From a virus (taxonomy: Duplodnaviria > Caudoviricetes), in the IMG/VR virus record IMGVR_UViG_3300049488_000015, positions 1 through 58,930 of that record: DNA of 58,930 nt; one strand, written 5' to 3'. Below are positions 48,310-57,604 of the stretch, piece by piece. Within the stretch, counting starts at the first letter, position 1; every line of letters starts with the position of its first letter. The translations under genes were made by a program, and so were the position numbers. The notes under the pieces were generated by a model. That model was not told the origin of the DNA, did no database searches, and was given only the letters and a program-made list of their open reading frames with translations.

Positions 48310-48685
48310 GAGTTACCTCACGAAAGTTTTCGTACTCCCCATAATACAGAGGGGTAATTCTATTCGAAGTATCCAGAAGTTCCATATCCCATTGATAAAT
48401 GGATTTAGGATCCTTTTGAAATTCGCCAGCTAGAATAAGTGCTGTTACAGTATGAGGAATTTCAAAAGAAAACTTACCTGCTACAGCATCAATGATCGTA
48501 ACAACAAAGTCTGCAACCTTAGTTGCATCCAGAGCATTTTGACGAACTTGCCCTTGAATTGTGCAGCCTGTAAGATTCACAGGGTTCAAATCAGGATTTG
48601 TAAGAGTGACAATAAATGGCCCAAGCGTAGCCCCCTGACGAGCCAGAAGATCTAGCCGCTCACCTCGGAAACCAACTTGAGCCAT
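48299..48685 (-). CDS. BppU-like/virion structural protein
   Basis: PVNLTGCTIQGQVR...YQWDMEL...LYYG...EVTR. Confidence 0.65.
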   Translation of the reverse strand: MAQVGFRGERLDLLARQGATLGPFIVTLTNPDLNPVNLTGCTIQGQVRQNALDATKVADFVVTIIDAVAGKFSFEIPHTVTALILAGEFQKDPKSIYQWDMELLDTSNRITPLYYGEYENFREVTRVV

Positions 48686-48695
48686 TTATAACCCC

Positions 48696-49235
48696 TTACC
48701 GCTTTTTAGCGAGAGCTTGATCGATCGGTGCAGCTTGCGGGATCAGATTCTGGATGTCAGCAAGCGTGACGCCGCTATCGCGAAGAACTTGAGCACGACG
48801 ACCGCGTTCAGCAATCAGGTTTTTCTGCGAATTCAAATAACCCATGATAGCATCCGCATTTGTTTCAACTGCGCCGCTGTCTTGCTGTTCGTTAATCAAA
48901 TCGTCCAGGACTTGTTGTTGCTTGCGGAAAGCTTCGTTCGCAGCATCAACATCCGCCTTGCAGACGTCCAAGCCTTCGCGAGCTTGTGCAATCAGAGCTT
49001 CGTATTCCTTAGTGACCACACCATCTTCGGATTCGGTTGTTGGAGCAACACTTTCCGTCGGGGTGACAGCAGTAGAACGACTGAAGCCAGGCGCTTCGGT
49101 TGTAATCATGTCGCGGGTGATCGTTTGGTCAGCAGCCAGCATACGGATTGTTTCAATCCGAGGCAGACCATCGGTTGTCCAATGGTTGTCGTTGGCAGGA
49201 TCCAGCTTTTCGAGAGCTTCTGTAATCTTACTCAT
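48696..49235 (-). CDS. hypothetical head-module protein
   Basis: LDPANDNHWTTDGLPR plus coiled coil. Confidence 0.7.
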   Translation of the reverse strand: MSKITEALEKLDPANDNHWTTDGLPRIETIRMLAADQTITRDMITTEAPGFSRSTAVTPTESVAPTTESEDGVVTKEYEALIAQAREGLDVCKADVDAANEAFRKQQQVLDDLINEQQDSGAVETNADAIMGYLNSQKNLIAERGRRAQVLRDSGVTLADIQNLIPQAAPIDQALAKKR

Positions 49236-49244
49236 TTTTTCACC

Positions 49245-49691
49245 TTACAGGTTATCAACGTCAGTTGAATTTGCAAGAACGTCCGGCCCGGATTGAGCAA
49301 GATATTCAAACATGGAAAGAGCATCACTTGCCTTCGTGATGGTATGTGTGCCAGAACCGGCGCCTGTCAGCACCGCAATAGGCCCACCACGACGAGTAGT
49401 TAATTTCACGGTATTGGCATCAACAACCGTATGGATCCAGTAATGCTGACCAGTAGCAAGACCGACCGGAAGGGTTCCAGTTGTTGTCAGAATGAACGGC
49501 CCCTTGCCAACTGTTTTGGCATGACCTGTCCAAGTAATGTTTTCACCTGCGGCGCCCGTAAATGTCGCGAAGGCGCCAGTACCATTCAACGCAACTTGGC
49601 GCTGAGTAAGAAAAACATTCAGTTTGTCTTGACGGGAGGTACGAGCGTAGTTCTGGTGACGAATTCGACGCTGTCTGGGAGTGCGAGCCAT
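49245..49691 (-). CDS. putative virion/head decoration protein
   Basis: AAGGA SD; beta-rich TTGTLPVGL...YW domain; basic N-terminus. Confidence 0.6.
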   Translation of the reverse strand: MARTPRQRRIRHQNYARTSRQDKLNVFLTQRQVALNGTGAFATFTGAAGENITWTGHAKTVGKGPFILTTTGTLPVGLATGQHYWIHTVVDANTVKLTTRRGGPIAVLTGAGSGTHTITKASDALSMFEYLAQSGPDVLANSTDVDNL

Positions 49692-49725
49692 GATCTTTTC
49701 CTTTATTTCGCTGCGCGGATAGAAC

Positions 49726-49751
49726 AGACTACGAGCCGAAGCCCGTAGTCT
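49726..49751 (-). terminator. UUCG hairpin after the capsid gene (terminator or mRNA stabiliser)
   Basis: Minus strand AGACTACGGGC-TTCG-GCTCGTAGTCT, weak U tract. Confidence 0.65.
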
Positions 49752-49765
49752 TATTCAGTTTGCGA

Positions 49766-50797
49766 TTAGAATTCGCGGGTGATCAGGCGAGCGATCTTGA
49801 CTTGCTTGCGTTCCGGGAACACACGACGCCAGGAGGTAGCAGCAGCCAGATTGTTCGTGGTAGCAGCATTGGACGGGCCACCCGAGGCAGCCGTACCGAT
49901 GTAGGCGTAACCGACCGGAGCCAGGCACCATTCGACACGGTTGAACAGGGTATCCTGGCCGGAGCCGTTACCAGCGGACGGGGCGCGGAACACTTCCGTC
50001 GGGACACGCGGCGAGCCACGGCCATTACGGATGGAACCGGAACCGAACATCCAGCTTTCGAACACACCGCCGGTGAAGGGCATACCGTCATCAACAATCA
50101 CTTCACGGCCCAGGAACATCGGAACGCGAATAGCAGCCGGGTTGTTGCTGTCGAAGACGAAGTCGATCAGGTTGTTCTTGAGCATACGACCATAGACGAC
50201 CGAATGCACACAGATCATGCCCAGCGATTCCATCGAGTCGCCCATGGTCAGGGTGCCATCAATGAAGGCTTCAGCGGTGAAGTTGGTGACGCCGGCGGTG
50301 AAGGAAGCACCAGACACATTGAACGTCATATCGTTCTGGGTATGGTAGGCATCGGTGACGGTGGCGTTGTCAGCGAAGACGCCCTTCATGGTGGCGATGA
50401 AAGCAGCTTGTTCGCGACGCTTCCAGTAGTCGGCAACACGGTTGGCGATGGCAGCGAGCGGGTCTTCAGCGATCAGGTCGGCGGTCAAGTCCATGGAGCT
50501 CCAGGAGTTGTTGCGCGACATGCGGACTTGGATTTCGGACAGCGTACCGATCTTGTTGGGGCTGGAGTTTTGTGCCGGATCGTCCGTGGAGACGTTTTCC
50601 GCATCATTTTCCAGATCCTTGAAGGAAGGCTCGTTGAACGTGATACCGGCGCCGGATAGGTTGTTATCCAGAATGGCGTCACGTGTAATGGCCCCGGAAG
50701 CGATCAGACGCGACTTTTCTTGGGTCAGGTTCTGAACGTAGGGGGTAAAGATTGCCGGGACGATAACGTCCGATAGGCGAACAACACCAGCAGCCAT
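49766..50797 (-). CDS. major capsid protein
   Basis: RLSDVIVPAIFTPYV; 343 aa; strong codon bias; GGAGG SD; follows the scaffold gene. Confidence 0.92.
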   Translation of the reverse strand: MAAGVVRLSDVIVPAIFTPYVQNLTQEKSRLIASGAITRDAILDNNLSGAGITFNEPSFKDLENDAENVSTDDPAQNSSPNKIGTLSEIQVRMSRNNSWSSMDLTADLIAEDPLAAIANRVADYWKRREQAAFIATMKGVFADNATVTDAYHTQNDMTFNVSGASFTAGVTNFTAEAFIDGTLTMGDSMESLGMICVHSVVYGRMLKNNLIDFVFDSNNPAAIRVPMFLGREVIVDDGMPFTGGVFESWMFGSGSIRNGRGSPRVPTEVFRAPSAGNGSGQDTLFNRVEWCLAPVGYAYIGTAASGGPSNAATTNNLAAATSWRRVFPERKQVKIARLITREF

Positions 50798-50944
50798 GGT
50801 AATTCCTCCAAGTGGCTCAAGTTAATAAAAGAAACTTCTAACTCGATGCACACCCCATGGCAGCAATCGGTTTTTGGTTAGAGCACAAGCTCCATGGAGG
50901 CAATATAGCAAATCCCTAGAGCTTGTGCAATGACCACAGTATGA

Positions 50945-51760
50945 TTACTTGGTCGGTTTCATCCCGCCAATCTTCGTACCGGCCGATTTCGCCAACTGAT
51001 CAGCACGAGTCGGGTTTTCGGTGTAGATGCGAGCTTGTTCGGTCATATTCCAACCATCCTTGCTCCAAGGGTTCGTTGTAGAACCACCGCCGCCACGATT
51101 ACCCGGAGCACCACCACCAGCGGACGGGCCCCACCAATGCGGACGCTTGGCCTGCATTTCGCTCAACCAGACTTCCGGAGAGATACCAGGCGTGACGCCG
51201 ACGTTGTCCTTTGTGACAACAGCACCGCTTTCGTCGATGGTGAAAACACGCTCGGCCAAGAGGGTGATATCTTCGACAGCCGAATCAACAACCTTCAGTT
51301 TGGATGTAGCAGTACGGACGTTATCAGCAATGGTACGCTGAACTTGTTGCGTTTCGAAACCTTGGACACGAGAAATGAGCTCGGCATTTTGTTGTGCCAG
51401 AGTCATCTTTTCGCGTTCGACCGGCGCCAGCTTGGATTTCAAACGACCTTCGACAATGTCGTTGATCTTTGCATCATCCAGTTTGCCGTTGGCAGCAGCT
51501 TCCAGTTCAGGATACTTGTCCAGGCGAGCTTGAATCTCGGACAGATCGCCCAAGGATTCATATGTGGTCAGCTTGGTCTTGATGTCCTTATTGGCGATGC
51601 GAGCTTGTGCTGCTTCATCTTTCAGAGAGCGAACACGCGGCAAGCCGTCAAGTTCCAGGATGTCCAGGACGTATTTGCCCAGTTTGTCATCTTTGCGGTA
51701 ATGGTCATGGAACGCACTGTCCAAGTCCTCCAAAGATTCAACGATTGCTTTCAAAGCCAT
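50945..51760 (-). CDS. capsid scaffolding protein
   Basis: Coiled coil; HWW.PS.GGGA; NPWSK...NMTEQ; between portal and capsid. Confidence 0.85.
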   Translation of the reverse strand: MALKAIVESLEDLDSAFHDHYRKDDKLGKYVLDILELDGLPRVRSLKDEAAQARIANKDIKTKLTTYESLGDLSEIQARLDKYPELEAAANGKLDDAKINDIVEGRLKSKLAPVEREKMTLAQQNAELISRVQGFETQQVQRTIADNVRTATSKLKVVDSAVEDITLLAERVFTIDESGAVVTKDNVGVTPGISPEVWLSEMQAKRPHWWGPSAGGGAPGNRGGGGSTTNPWSKDGWNMTEQARIYTENPTRADQLAKSAGTKIGGMKPTK

Positions 51761-51786
51761 GTTAATACTCCTCTGCCATGCAGATT

Positions 51787-51813
51787 AAAAAGGCGGAGCA
51801 CCATTGCCCCGCC
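51787..51813 (-). terminator. terminator-like hairpin between portal and scaffold genes
   Basis: Minus strand GGCGGGGCA-ATGG-TGCTCCGCC-TTTTT. Confidence 0.7.
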
Positions 51814-51823
51814 AAACTAAAGC

Positions 51824-53335
51824 TTACTCTTGATTTTTGTTTTGCGCCGGATCTGTTTTCTTTGGATCTTGCGGCGGTTGCTTGTCACCGGGCTTTGCTG
51901 CCGGTTGCTGTTGTTGATTCGGAAGGCCGTTCGGACCTTCTTGTTCAATAAGAGCTTTTTCAGCTTCGTATTCCATCTGTGTAAATCCACGGTCTTTCAA
52001 AGACTCGTGAATACTTTCCAGCGATAGCGGAGCACCCATTGAACGAGCAGTCATTAGATAGACAAGTTCTTGAGCAGTAGAAGCAGCATTTGTAAATTCG
52101 GTATTCGGATCAACATGAACAAGCGCCGGATCCAAATTCATCCAAACAGCAATAGCACGAAGGATGCTTTCCAGTGCTTCGCCGCTGGATTGAGCAATTT
52201 GGGTAAGGTTGGCAGTTTGTGCAGCCAGACGCGCCAGCATAGCATTACCAGATTCATTTTTCAGACTCTGGTTGCCAATCAACTGGCCTGCTTTGAATTC
52301 AGCACGTTTGCGATCATTTTCAATCGCGTTACGCTGCTCTGCAAGGCCTGTGGAGCTAACACCGATGAACTTTGCATCACCTCCCATTTCAACATCAAGA
52401 CGACTACCAGCACCAACACGGATTGCATCTTCAGTTTGACCGGGAACTGCATTCGGGTTACGAATACCGCCAACCGTAACAAGAGTGTCCTGACCTTGCA
52501 TGTGAAGATTTTGACGATAATCTGCTTCACTGCGATAAATAGTCAAGCAATTAAGGCCCAAGCCTTGCAGGGGCGGGGTATCCGGTGTCGGGACAAGATC
52601 TTTACTATTCACAAAGACAAACGGAATATGTTCAAGTGTCTTGCCGCGAAGCATAGGCGGAACCATTGCTTCTTCATTGTAGTCAGCGTGGTCAAACACA
52701 CCTTGGCGATATGTTGCGGTTTCTTCTTGCTCGTTCAGCTTGCCCAATTGCAGCACACGGAAACGATCGCGGAAACGCCATTCAAAGTTGTCGCGAACAA
52801 GACCGCTTTCGTTCAAAACAACCATGTTCAATTCGTTTTGCCCGATATAGGCTGCACCATCATCCCAATTTGTGATGCTTTCCGCAGCATACATCGAAAT
52901 GAAAGGTTGCGGGTTGAGCGGATCAGGATTGACAGGAAGATCTGCAAGCAAGCCCAAGCGGCCTGTAACAAGTTGTTCTTCGTTCATCTTACGAAGCAGC
53001 AAATCCAACGACTCACCGTCAATGGTTGCAGCTTCTTTCAGGTATTCCATTTCGGGCGGAAGATCGATCCGCGCATCCTTCTGGTGCATCAAACCGATAA
53101 GGGCTTCAACACCTTCTTTGACGTAGTCGGGAAAGACTGCACGAGCTTTATAAGCATCATAAATCTTTCGACCAATACCACCGGGCTCCATACCATCAAG
53201 GATCATGCCAGCTGTAGGCGGAAGGTATCTTTCACCCTTTGCCTTTACAGCAACCTCGCCCTTATAGAAGTCGCGCATGGACGTCCAATTGTCCAGCATG
53301 GCTGCATATTGCGGATGAATACTTTTAAGGCTCAT
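51824..53335 (-). CDS. portal protein (DUF4055-like)
   Basis: HPQY, YLP, YKARAVF, IPFVF, YRSEADY; GAGG SD before MSLKS. Confidence 0.88.
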   Translation of the reverse strand: MSLKSIHPQYAAMLDNWTSMRDFYKGEVAVKAKGERYLPPTAGMILDGMEPGGIGRKIYDAYKARAVFPDYVKEGVEALIGLMHQKDARIDLPPEMEYLKEAATIDGESLDLLLRKMNEEQLVTGRLGLLADLPVNPDPLNPQPFISMYAAESITNWDDGAAYIGQNELNMVVLNESGLVRDNFEWRFRDRFRVLQLGKLNEQEETATYRQGVFDHADYNEEAMVPPMLRGKTLEHIPFVFVNSKDLVPTPDTPPLQGLGLNCLTIYRSEADYRQNLHMQGQDTLVTVGGIRNPNAVPGQTEDAIRVGAGSRLDVEMGGDAKFIGVSSTGLAEQRNAIENDRKRAEFKAGQLIGNQSLKNESGNAMLARLAAQTANLTQIAQSSGEALESILRAIAVWMNLDPALVHVDPNTEFTNAASTAQELVYLMTARSMGAPLSLESIHESLKDRGFTQMEYEAEKALIEQEGPNGLPNQQQQPAAKPGDKQPPQDPKKTDPAQNKNQE

Positions 53336-53342
53336 TATATCC

Positions 53343-54905
53343 TCACATACCTTGAGTTCTACCGCCACGGGCGCCGGTTTCAGTGGAAAGTGCTTTGTAA
53401 CGGGCTTCGTCACAAATGTGATCTTCAGAATCTGTATCTATATCGTCCGGATTTGTTTCATCGCGTGGAGCAACAGGGAACAGTTCTGCAAACATTTTAC
53501 AGGTATTGAAGATAAACATACCAGGCTTTTCACGAGGCATGACTATCTCTTTACCATTTTCATCTTTTTGGATAACAGGCAAAGCATCCTTGAGGTATTG
53601 ACGCAATTGTTTCCAGCCAGCAGTTCGACTGCCCTTAGCCTTATCGCTGCGATGCCACTGGACGCCTTTATAACGTTTGCCATTAATCTTAACAGGCTTT
53701 GCCATATCAGCAGCAATCGAGTTACCGTTTTCAACGTCCCAAATGCTATTATCAGCGGGGCCCGGAACAACTCGATTATGGATGCCTGCTTGTACTTCGC
53801 GTTCAACAATACCGGCAGCAATATCTGTGGATAGCAAACGAAGACCTTGATTTGGTTTGCCTGTCCAGCCGTACCATTCATCAATACGGAAGATATCACC
53901 TTTAACAGTGCTCATCCATTTCCCGTTAGAAAGGCGAACATCCGAACCATCGGATTCAGCCCACCAACCAACAGAAAAAGGTCGAGACTCACCATGATCA
54001 TAAGACCGATCGATGCGCCAATTAGAAGGTATGTCAAAGGGTTCAATGATGTGAATATTCTGATCCCATACATCATCAAACATACCGCCAGCAACAATGT
54101 CCCAATCACCATACAGCCAAGCACGACGCTTGTTAGGATCAGTAATAGATTCAAGTTCAGCCACGTACTGAGGTGATAGGTATCTGTTTTCACGATACGA
54201 TCCAAAAATATGGGTCTGGGTCTTTGCGATGTCTTCACGCTGCTGAGTCCGAGGATTGAAAACATTGACCACACGTCTTACAATCTGTCCAGGCTTGCCT
54301 GTAGCGATAAAACGCTTCTTTACCCAATTATGTCCAGAACCATGCGGATTTGTTGTAATAAAGATTTCCAGCGGAAGTTCGGGCAGATAATGCGGGGTGG
54401 GATCGTCACCGTAATACTGCGGATGTTCGTTCGGTAGAAATGACGAACGATTACAAGACATCATGGACTCGAATAGATTGTCATTCGGGTACTTAGTTAA
54501 TTCGTTCCAACCAATGAAAGGAAACTCCTGACCGTGATAACCCCAATAGTCAGTATCTTTTTTGATTGCTCGGAAAAGTAGTTCTTCGCCAGTAGGCCAG
54601 ACCCATCGATAGTCTGCTTTGCTGGACATGAACCGAGCGCCATCCTTAAATTCAGGAAACCAGCGCATAGACTTGGAAACCAAGTCATCTAAGTTCTTGT
54701 ATTCTCTGTCGAAGATAATGCCGCGCCAGTACCGCCCATAACCTTGCCCCACGTTTCGTCGAAAGCGCATCAATTGCGCGTCAGTCTTGCCCGGGCCACG
54801 TGTGCCATGGAAGACAATAATATTTGCAGGACAGGTAAGCGAAAGCGTCTGGGAACCAGCAAGCGGCTCCCAGACAACTTTTGTCCCATCAGGCAGAACT
54901 CTCAA
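53343..54905 (-). CDS. terL: terminase large subunit
   Basis: GTRGPGKT Walker A, IGWNELT Walker B, TTNPHG, C-terminal RNase H-like EDHICDEARY. Confidence 0.93.
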   Translation of the reverse strand: MRVLPDGTKVVWEPLAGSQTLSLTCPANIIVFHGTRGPGKTDAQLMRFRRNVGQGYGRYWRGIIFDREYKNLDDLVSKSMRWFPEFKDGARFMSSKADYRWVWPTGEELLFRAIKKDTDYWGYHGQEFPFIGWNELTKYPNDNLFESMMSCNRSSFLPNEHPQYYGDDPTPHYLPELPLEIFITTNPHGSGHNWVKKRFIATGKPGQIVRRVVNVFNPRTQQREDIAKTQTHIFGSYRENRYLSPQYVAELESITDPNKRRAWLYGDWDIVAGGMFDDVWDQNIHIIEPFDIPSNWRIDRSYDHGESRPFSVGWWAESDGSDVRLSNGKWMSTVKGDIFRIDEWYGWTGKPNQGLRLLSTDIAAGIVEREVQAGIHNRVVPGPADNSIWDVENGNSIAADMAKPVKINGKRYKGVQWHRSDKAKGSRTAGWKQLRQYLKDALPVIQKDENGKEIVMPREKPGMFIFNTCKMFAELFPVAPRDETNPDDIDTDSEDHICDEARYKALSTETGARGGRTQGM

Positions 54906-55420
54906 CTTTCAGCCTCACTGGTAAGCTTCTCTTGGCTGACAATAGCCTGAGCTTCCCAATCACCACAGGTTGCAATGCCCGGGACAGCCATCACGCCGCC
55001 CTTATGGTTGATGGTTTGTTCCACCTTGGTTGGTGCATCCATGCCATGCAACGAGGCAAGTTTGGAGAGAGCTGCAATACGAGCGCCGTGACTAGCACCC
55101 GCGCCACGATAGTTAGCTTCCCGAAATAGTGAAGTGATAATCCGTTGTTTCGTTTCAGCGGCTTTTTCTTTGTCATCTTTTTCACCAACATCGTGAGAGA
55201 GTTCAACAATACGCCGGCGAACATATGTCTCACCCATAAACTGGATAGCATACTGCTTGGCGTACGAGTCCAAGAAGCCGCAGCGGATACATGCAGCTAC
55301 TTCGTCAAAGTCTGTAAGGAATTCGCGGACAAACAAATCGCGGAGTTCCTTCTCCTGAGCGGTAAGGTCAGGAGTGACCGCATCGCCGTAGTTGGATTTC
55401 CAAAATACTCCGTTAGTCAT
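54902..55420 (-). CDS. terS: terminase small subunit
   Basis: FVREFLTDF..AACIRCG HTH; ARIAAL..L..GMDAP; precedes terL; start may be 55429. Confidence 0.8.
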   Translation of the reverse strand: MTNGVFWKSNYGDAVTPDLTAQEKELRDLFVREFLTDFDEVAACIRCGFLDSYAKQYAIQFMGETYVRRRIVELSHDVGEKDDKEKAAETKQRIITSLFREANYRGAGASHGARIAALSKLASLHGMDAPTKVEQTINHKGGVMAVPGIATCGDWEAQAIVSQEKLTSEAES

Positions 55421-55449
55421 TTGATTCACCTTTTATTCACTATGGCTGG

Positions 55450-55478
55450 AGTATAAAAGACAAATTGCCCTTTTACAA
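55450..55478 (-). promoter_or_regulatory. sigma70-type promoter of the packaging/structural operon
   Basis: Minus strand TTGTAA-17 nt-TATACT. Confidence 0.65.
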
Positions 55479-55549
55479 GGCAGCGACCGAGAATAACGCA
55501 TAATCTTGTGCTGCCCTGTAGCAGGTTCGCGCACAGCCTGCACATAAAC

Positions 55550-55581
55550 AAAAAGGGGTAAGGTTGTTACACCCTACCCCT
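55550..55581 (-). terminator. Rho-independent terminator
   Basis: Minus strand AGGGGTAGGGT...ACCTTACCCCT-TTTTT. Confidence 0.7.
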
Positions 55582-55597
55582 AGAAACTAAGCAAAGA

Positions 55598-56032
55598 TTA
55601 CTTAGTTTTAATCTTTCTTGTAAGCTTGTGTCTGTGCTTTTCGTAAGCATACAGCATGGAAGCCAGCATATCTTGCTTGACGTAAGCTTCAACTTCCCAA
55701 CCAGGCTTGTCCTCGCCCATATGCTTCTTCATGTATTGCCAAACATGCTCAACTTCATGAGCAATCAGGCTAATGACACCAATCGGATCACGACCAGAAA
55801 AGTCACCAAGCGTAATGATAACAATATGCTTATGATCAAAAGACAGGAATTCAGAAACTCGAGCTTGGGTATCTGTTTTAAAATCCGGATACTTTTCACC
55901 TTTGCAACCAACAACCTTCATCTGCTTCTTCCAAACTTCTTCGTTTGGACAGAATCCCCAATAGGATGGAAAGCTGTAACGCTCAAACCAGACCATCCCA
56001 ATATCCGACATTTCGTTATTCATTACCTTCAC
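55598..56032 (-). CDS. hypothetical protein with HExxH motif
   Basis: IAHEVEHVW...EVEAY, zincin-like. Confidence 0.65.
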   Translation of the reverse strand: MKVMNNEMSDIGMVWFERYSFPSYWGFCPNEEVWKKQMKVVGCKGEKYPDFKTDTQARVSEFLSFDHKHIVIITLGDFSGRDPIGVISLIAHEVEHVWQYMKKHMGEDKPGWEVEAYVKQDMLASMLYAYEKHRHKLTRKIKTK

Positions 56033-56243
56033 TCATGCGAACAGTGCAATAAAAAATCAATGCTGTGCAATCCAGAATAATATCTTGCAAAGCATGAATC
56101 TCTTGACGAAAACGGGTACGCAATTCATCGTTTTCGTCGTTACAGGCTGCACAGTAGTTAAGATTCGCACCCTGAAGCCGGAGTTCCGCTGACGTCTTTT
56201 CCTTCATCGTCTTGCGGAAGATTTCCTGTAGATTTGTTTTCAT
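56016..56243 (-). CDS. hypothetical protein
   Basis: Operon packing; start at MKTNL. Confidence 0.5.
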   Translation of the reverse strand: MKTNLQEIFRKTMKEKTSAELRLQGANLNYCAACNDENDELRTRFRQEIHALQDIILDCTALIFYCTVRMSEGNE

Positions 56244-56349
56244 CTTTCTTCCCAAATATTCGGTCGAAATTGTCTTCGAAGTTCTTGCGAGCTTCTTCGT
56301 CTTTGAATTTTATCCAAATCCGATCACCAGTTGTATCATTTCTCGACAT
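56158..56349 (-). CDS. hypothetical protein
   Basis: MSRNDTTGDRI...FEDNFDRIFGKK. Confidence 0.55.
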   Translation of the reverse strand: MSRNDTTGDRIWIKFKDEEARKNFEDNFDRIFGKKDENKSTGNLPQDDEGKDVSGTPASGCES

Positions 56350-56581
56350 CTGCAAGCTCTTTGAGTTCAATACGAACAACACCCTTGGCGGTTTCCGTCA
56401 TTTTCTTGCCTTGACGATTTACCATAAGGTTTCCAAACTTGGTACGCTTCAAACGGAACACAAAACCGTTTTCTTCGTCCGCAGTAAGAACATCTGTTTG
56501 CTTTACATCGTCCAGGAACACGTTAAACGCTCGTGCATTGGGGCTGTAAGCTTGATCTTCCTTGATAATTGAAATTCGCAT
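56336..56581 (-). CDS. hypothetical protein
   Basis: VFLDDV...TADEENGFV...GVVRIE. Confidence 0.65.
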   Translation of the reverse strand: MRISIIKEDQAYSPNARAFNVFLDDVKQTDVLTADEENGFVFRLKRTKFGNLMVNRQGKKMTETAKGVVRIELKELADVEK

Positions 56582-56582
56582 G

Positions 56583-56765
56583 TTATTTCTCATTGACCAC
56601 ATTGGTTCGGGCCTTGCGGCGTATCCGAATAATGTGGTAAGCCGCCAGAATCAGCAGCACACCGCAAAATCGACCGTAATTTTCAGGCGAAACGATGCCG
56701 AAAATCGCCAAAACAATGTAAATCAGCGGCAATCGCTCGTAAATTGCATCCGGAAACCAGATCAT
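56583..56765 (-). CDS. small two-TM membrane protein
   Basis: IYERLPLIYI; two hydrophobic segments; ATGA overlap. Confidence 0.65.
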   Translation of the reverse strand: MIWFPDAIYERLPLIYIVLAIFGIVSPENYGRFCGVLLILAAYHIIRIRRKARTNVVNEK

Positions 56766-57127
56766 TTCGTTTTCCCATCACATTCAATAGCAGGTTTTAG
56801 GCCCATACTTGTGAAAAGTTCATCAAACATGGCTCCAAACTTCCCTTGGCGTTTGGTATTTCCAACAATACACAGTTCTTGGCCAATATGCTCGCTCAAT
56901 TCGGGTGAATCTTCAAGCTGCATTTCCTTCCAACGCTCAAGAGTGTCAATTGCTTCCTGAATATCCTTGTGAATATTCTTGTGGCCGCGCCCACCAGCCA
57001 CCAAAAGCTTCTTGATAGCGTGTCCGATTGCTTGGTCTGTGACTCCAAAAAGGGAAAGCACCCGATAGACATCAATGTCTTCAAGGTACTTAACGTTCTT
57101 GAAATAATGGTTATGCTTGCGACCCAT
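56762..57127 (-). CDS. hypothetical phage protein (possibly DUF3310-related)
   Basis: IDVYRVL..F.VTD...HAIKKLL.AG.RG.K...DIQEAI. Confidence 0.7.
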   Translation of the reverse strand: MGRKHNHYFKNVKYLEDIDVYRVLSLFGVTDQAIGHAIKKLLVAGGRGHKNIHKDIQEAIDTLERWKEMQLEDSPELSEHIGQELCIVGNTKRQGKFGAMFDELFTSMGLKPAIECDGKTK

Positions 57128-57189
57128 TATTCCTCCGGAGGTGGATTGGGAACGTGACCGCGATGGTCGTGCCAGCTCATTTTATTCAT
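57127..57189 (-). CDS. putative 20-aa peptide
   Basis: AAGGAG SD; MNKMSWHDHRGHVPNPPPEE; TAATG coupling to the next gene. Confidence 0.45.
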   Translation of the reverse strand: MNKMSWHDHRGHVPNPPPEE

Positions 57190-57198
57190 GATAACTCC

Positions 57199-57438
57199 TT
57201 AGCAAGGAATAGACTTCAACAGAGCGCCCGTAACCATGACAACAAAAGTATTACCCTGCTGATCTTTCAGAACGATATCAACAGTGGAGTTATTACCTTT
57301 CGTGCCGTTACGAACGACGACAACTTTGTCAATTTCAATAGCCTTGATACCGTCACGGTAAATATGGCCGCGATCAATTGAGTCTTGTGCATCTTTACAA
57401 ATATGCACTTCCAACTTTTGCATTACACCAAATGTCAT
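57199..57438 (-). CDS. hypothetical protein
   Basis: GGAGG SD before MTFGV. Confidence 0.65.
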   Translation of the reverse strand: MTFGVMQKLEVHICKDAQDSIDRGHIYRDGIKAIEIDKVVVVRNGTKGNNSTVDIVLKDQQGNTFVVMVTGALLKSIPC

Positions 57439-57530
57439 AACAACCTCCCTGAGTAAAGTAGGCTGCACTCACGACTAGCTTGGATTCTGGAATCCCTAGG
57501 CGTTTGAACGAATGCAGCCTACTTTACTGA

Positions 57531-57604
57531 TGGTGCCCCGTATCGGAATCGAACCAATACCTGATGATTACAAATCAACTGCACGACCTTCATGCTAACG
57601 GGGC
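57531..57604 (-). tRNA. tRNA-Thr (anticodon UGU)
   Basis: Acceptor GCCCCGT/ACGGGGC plus ACCA; anticodon loop TT-TGT-AA; T-loop GGTTCGATTCC. Confidence 0.92.

Noticed and set aside
49760-51820. Long + strand ORFs opposite the capsid and scaffold genes
   Set aside because: Explained by strong codon bias of the sense genes
52070-53509. 479-aa + strand ORF
   Set aside because: Antisense shadow of the portal gene; no motifs or SD
54495-54520. TerL Walker B reading WNE instead of DE as a sign of inactivation
   Set aside because: The catalytic Glu and all other motifs are intact in an essential gene; most likely a family variant
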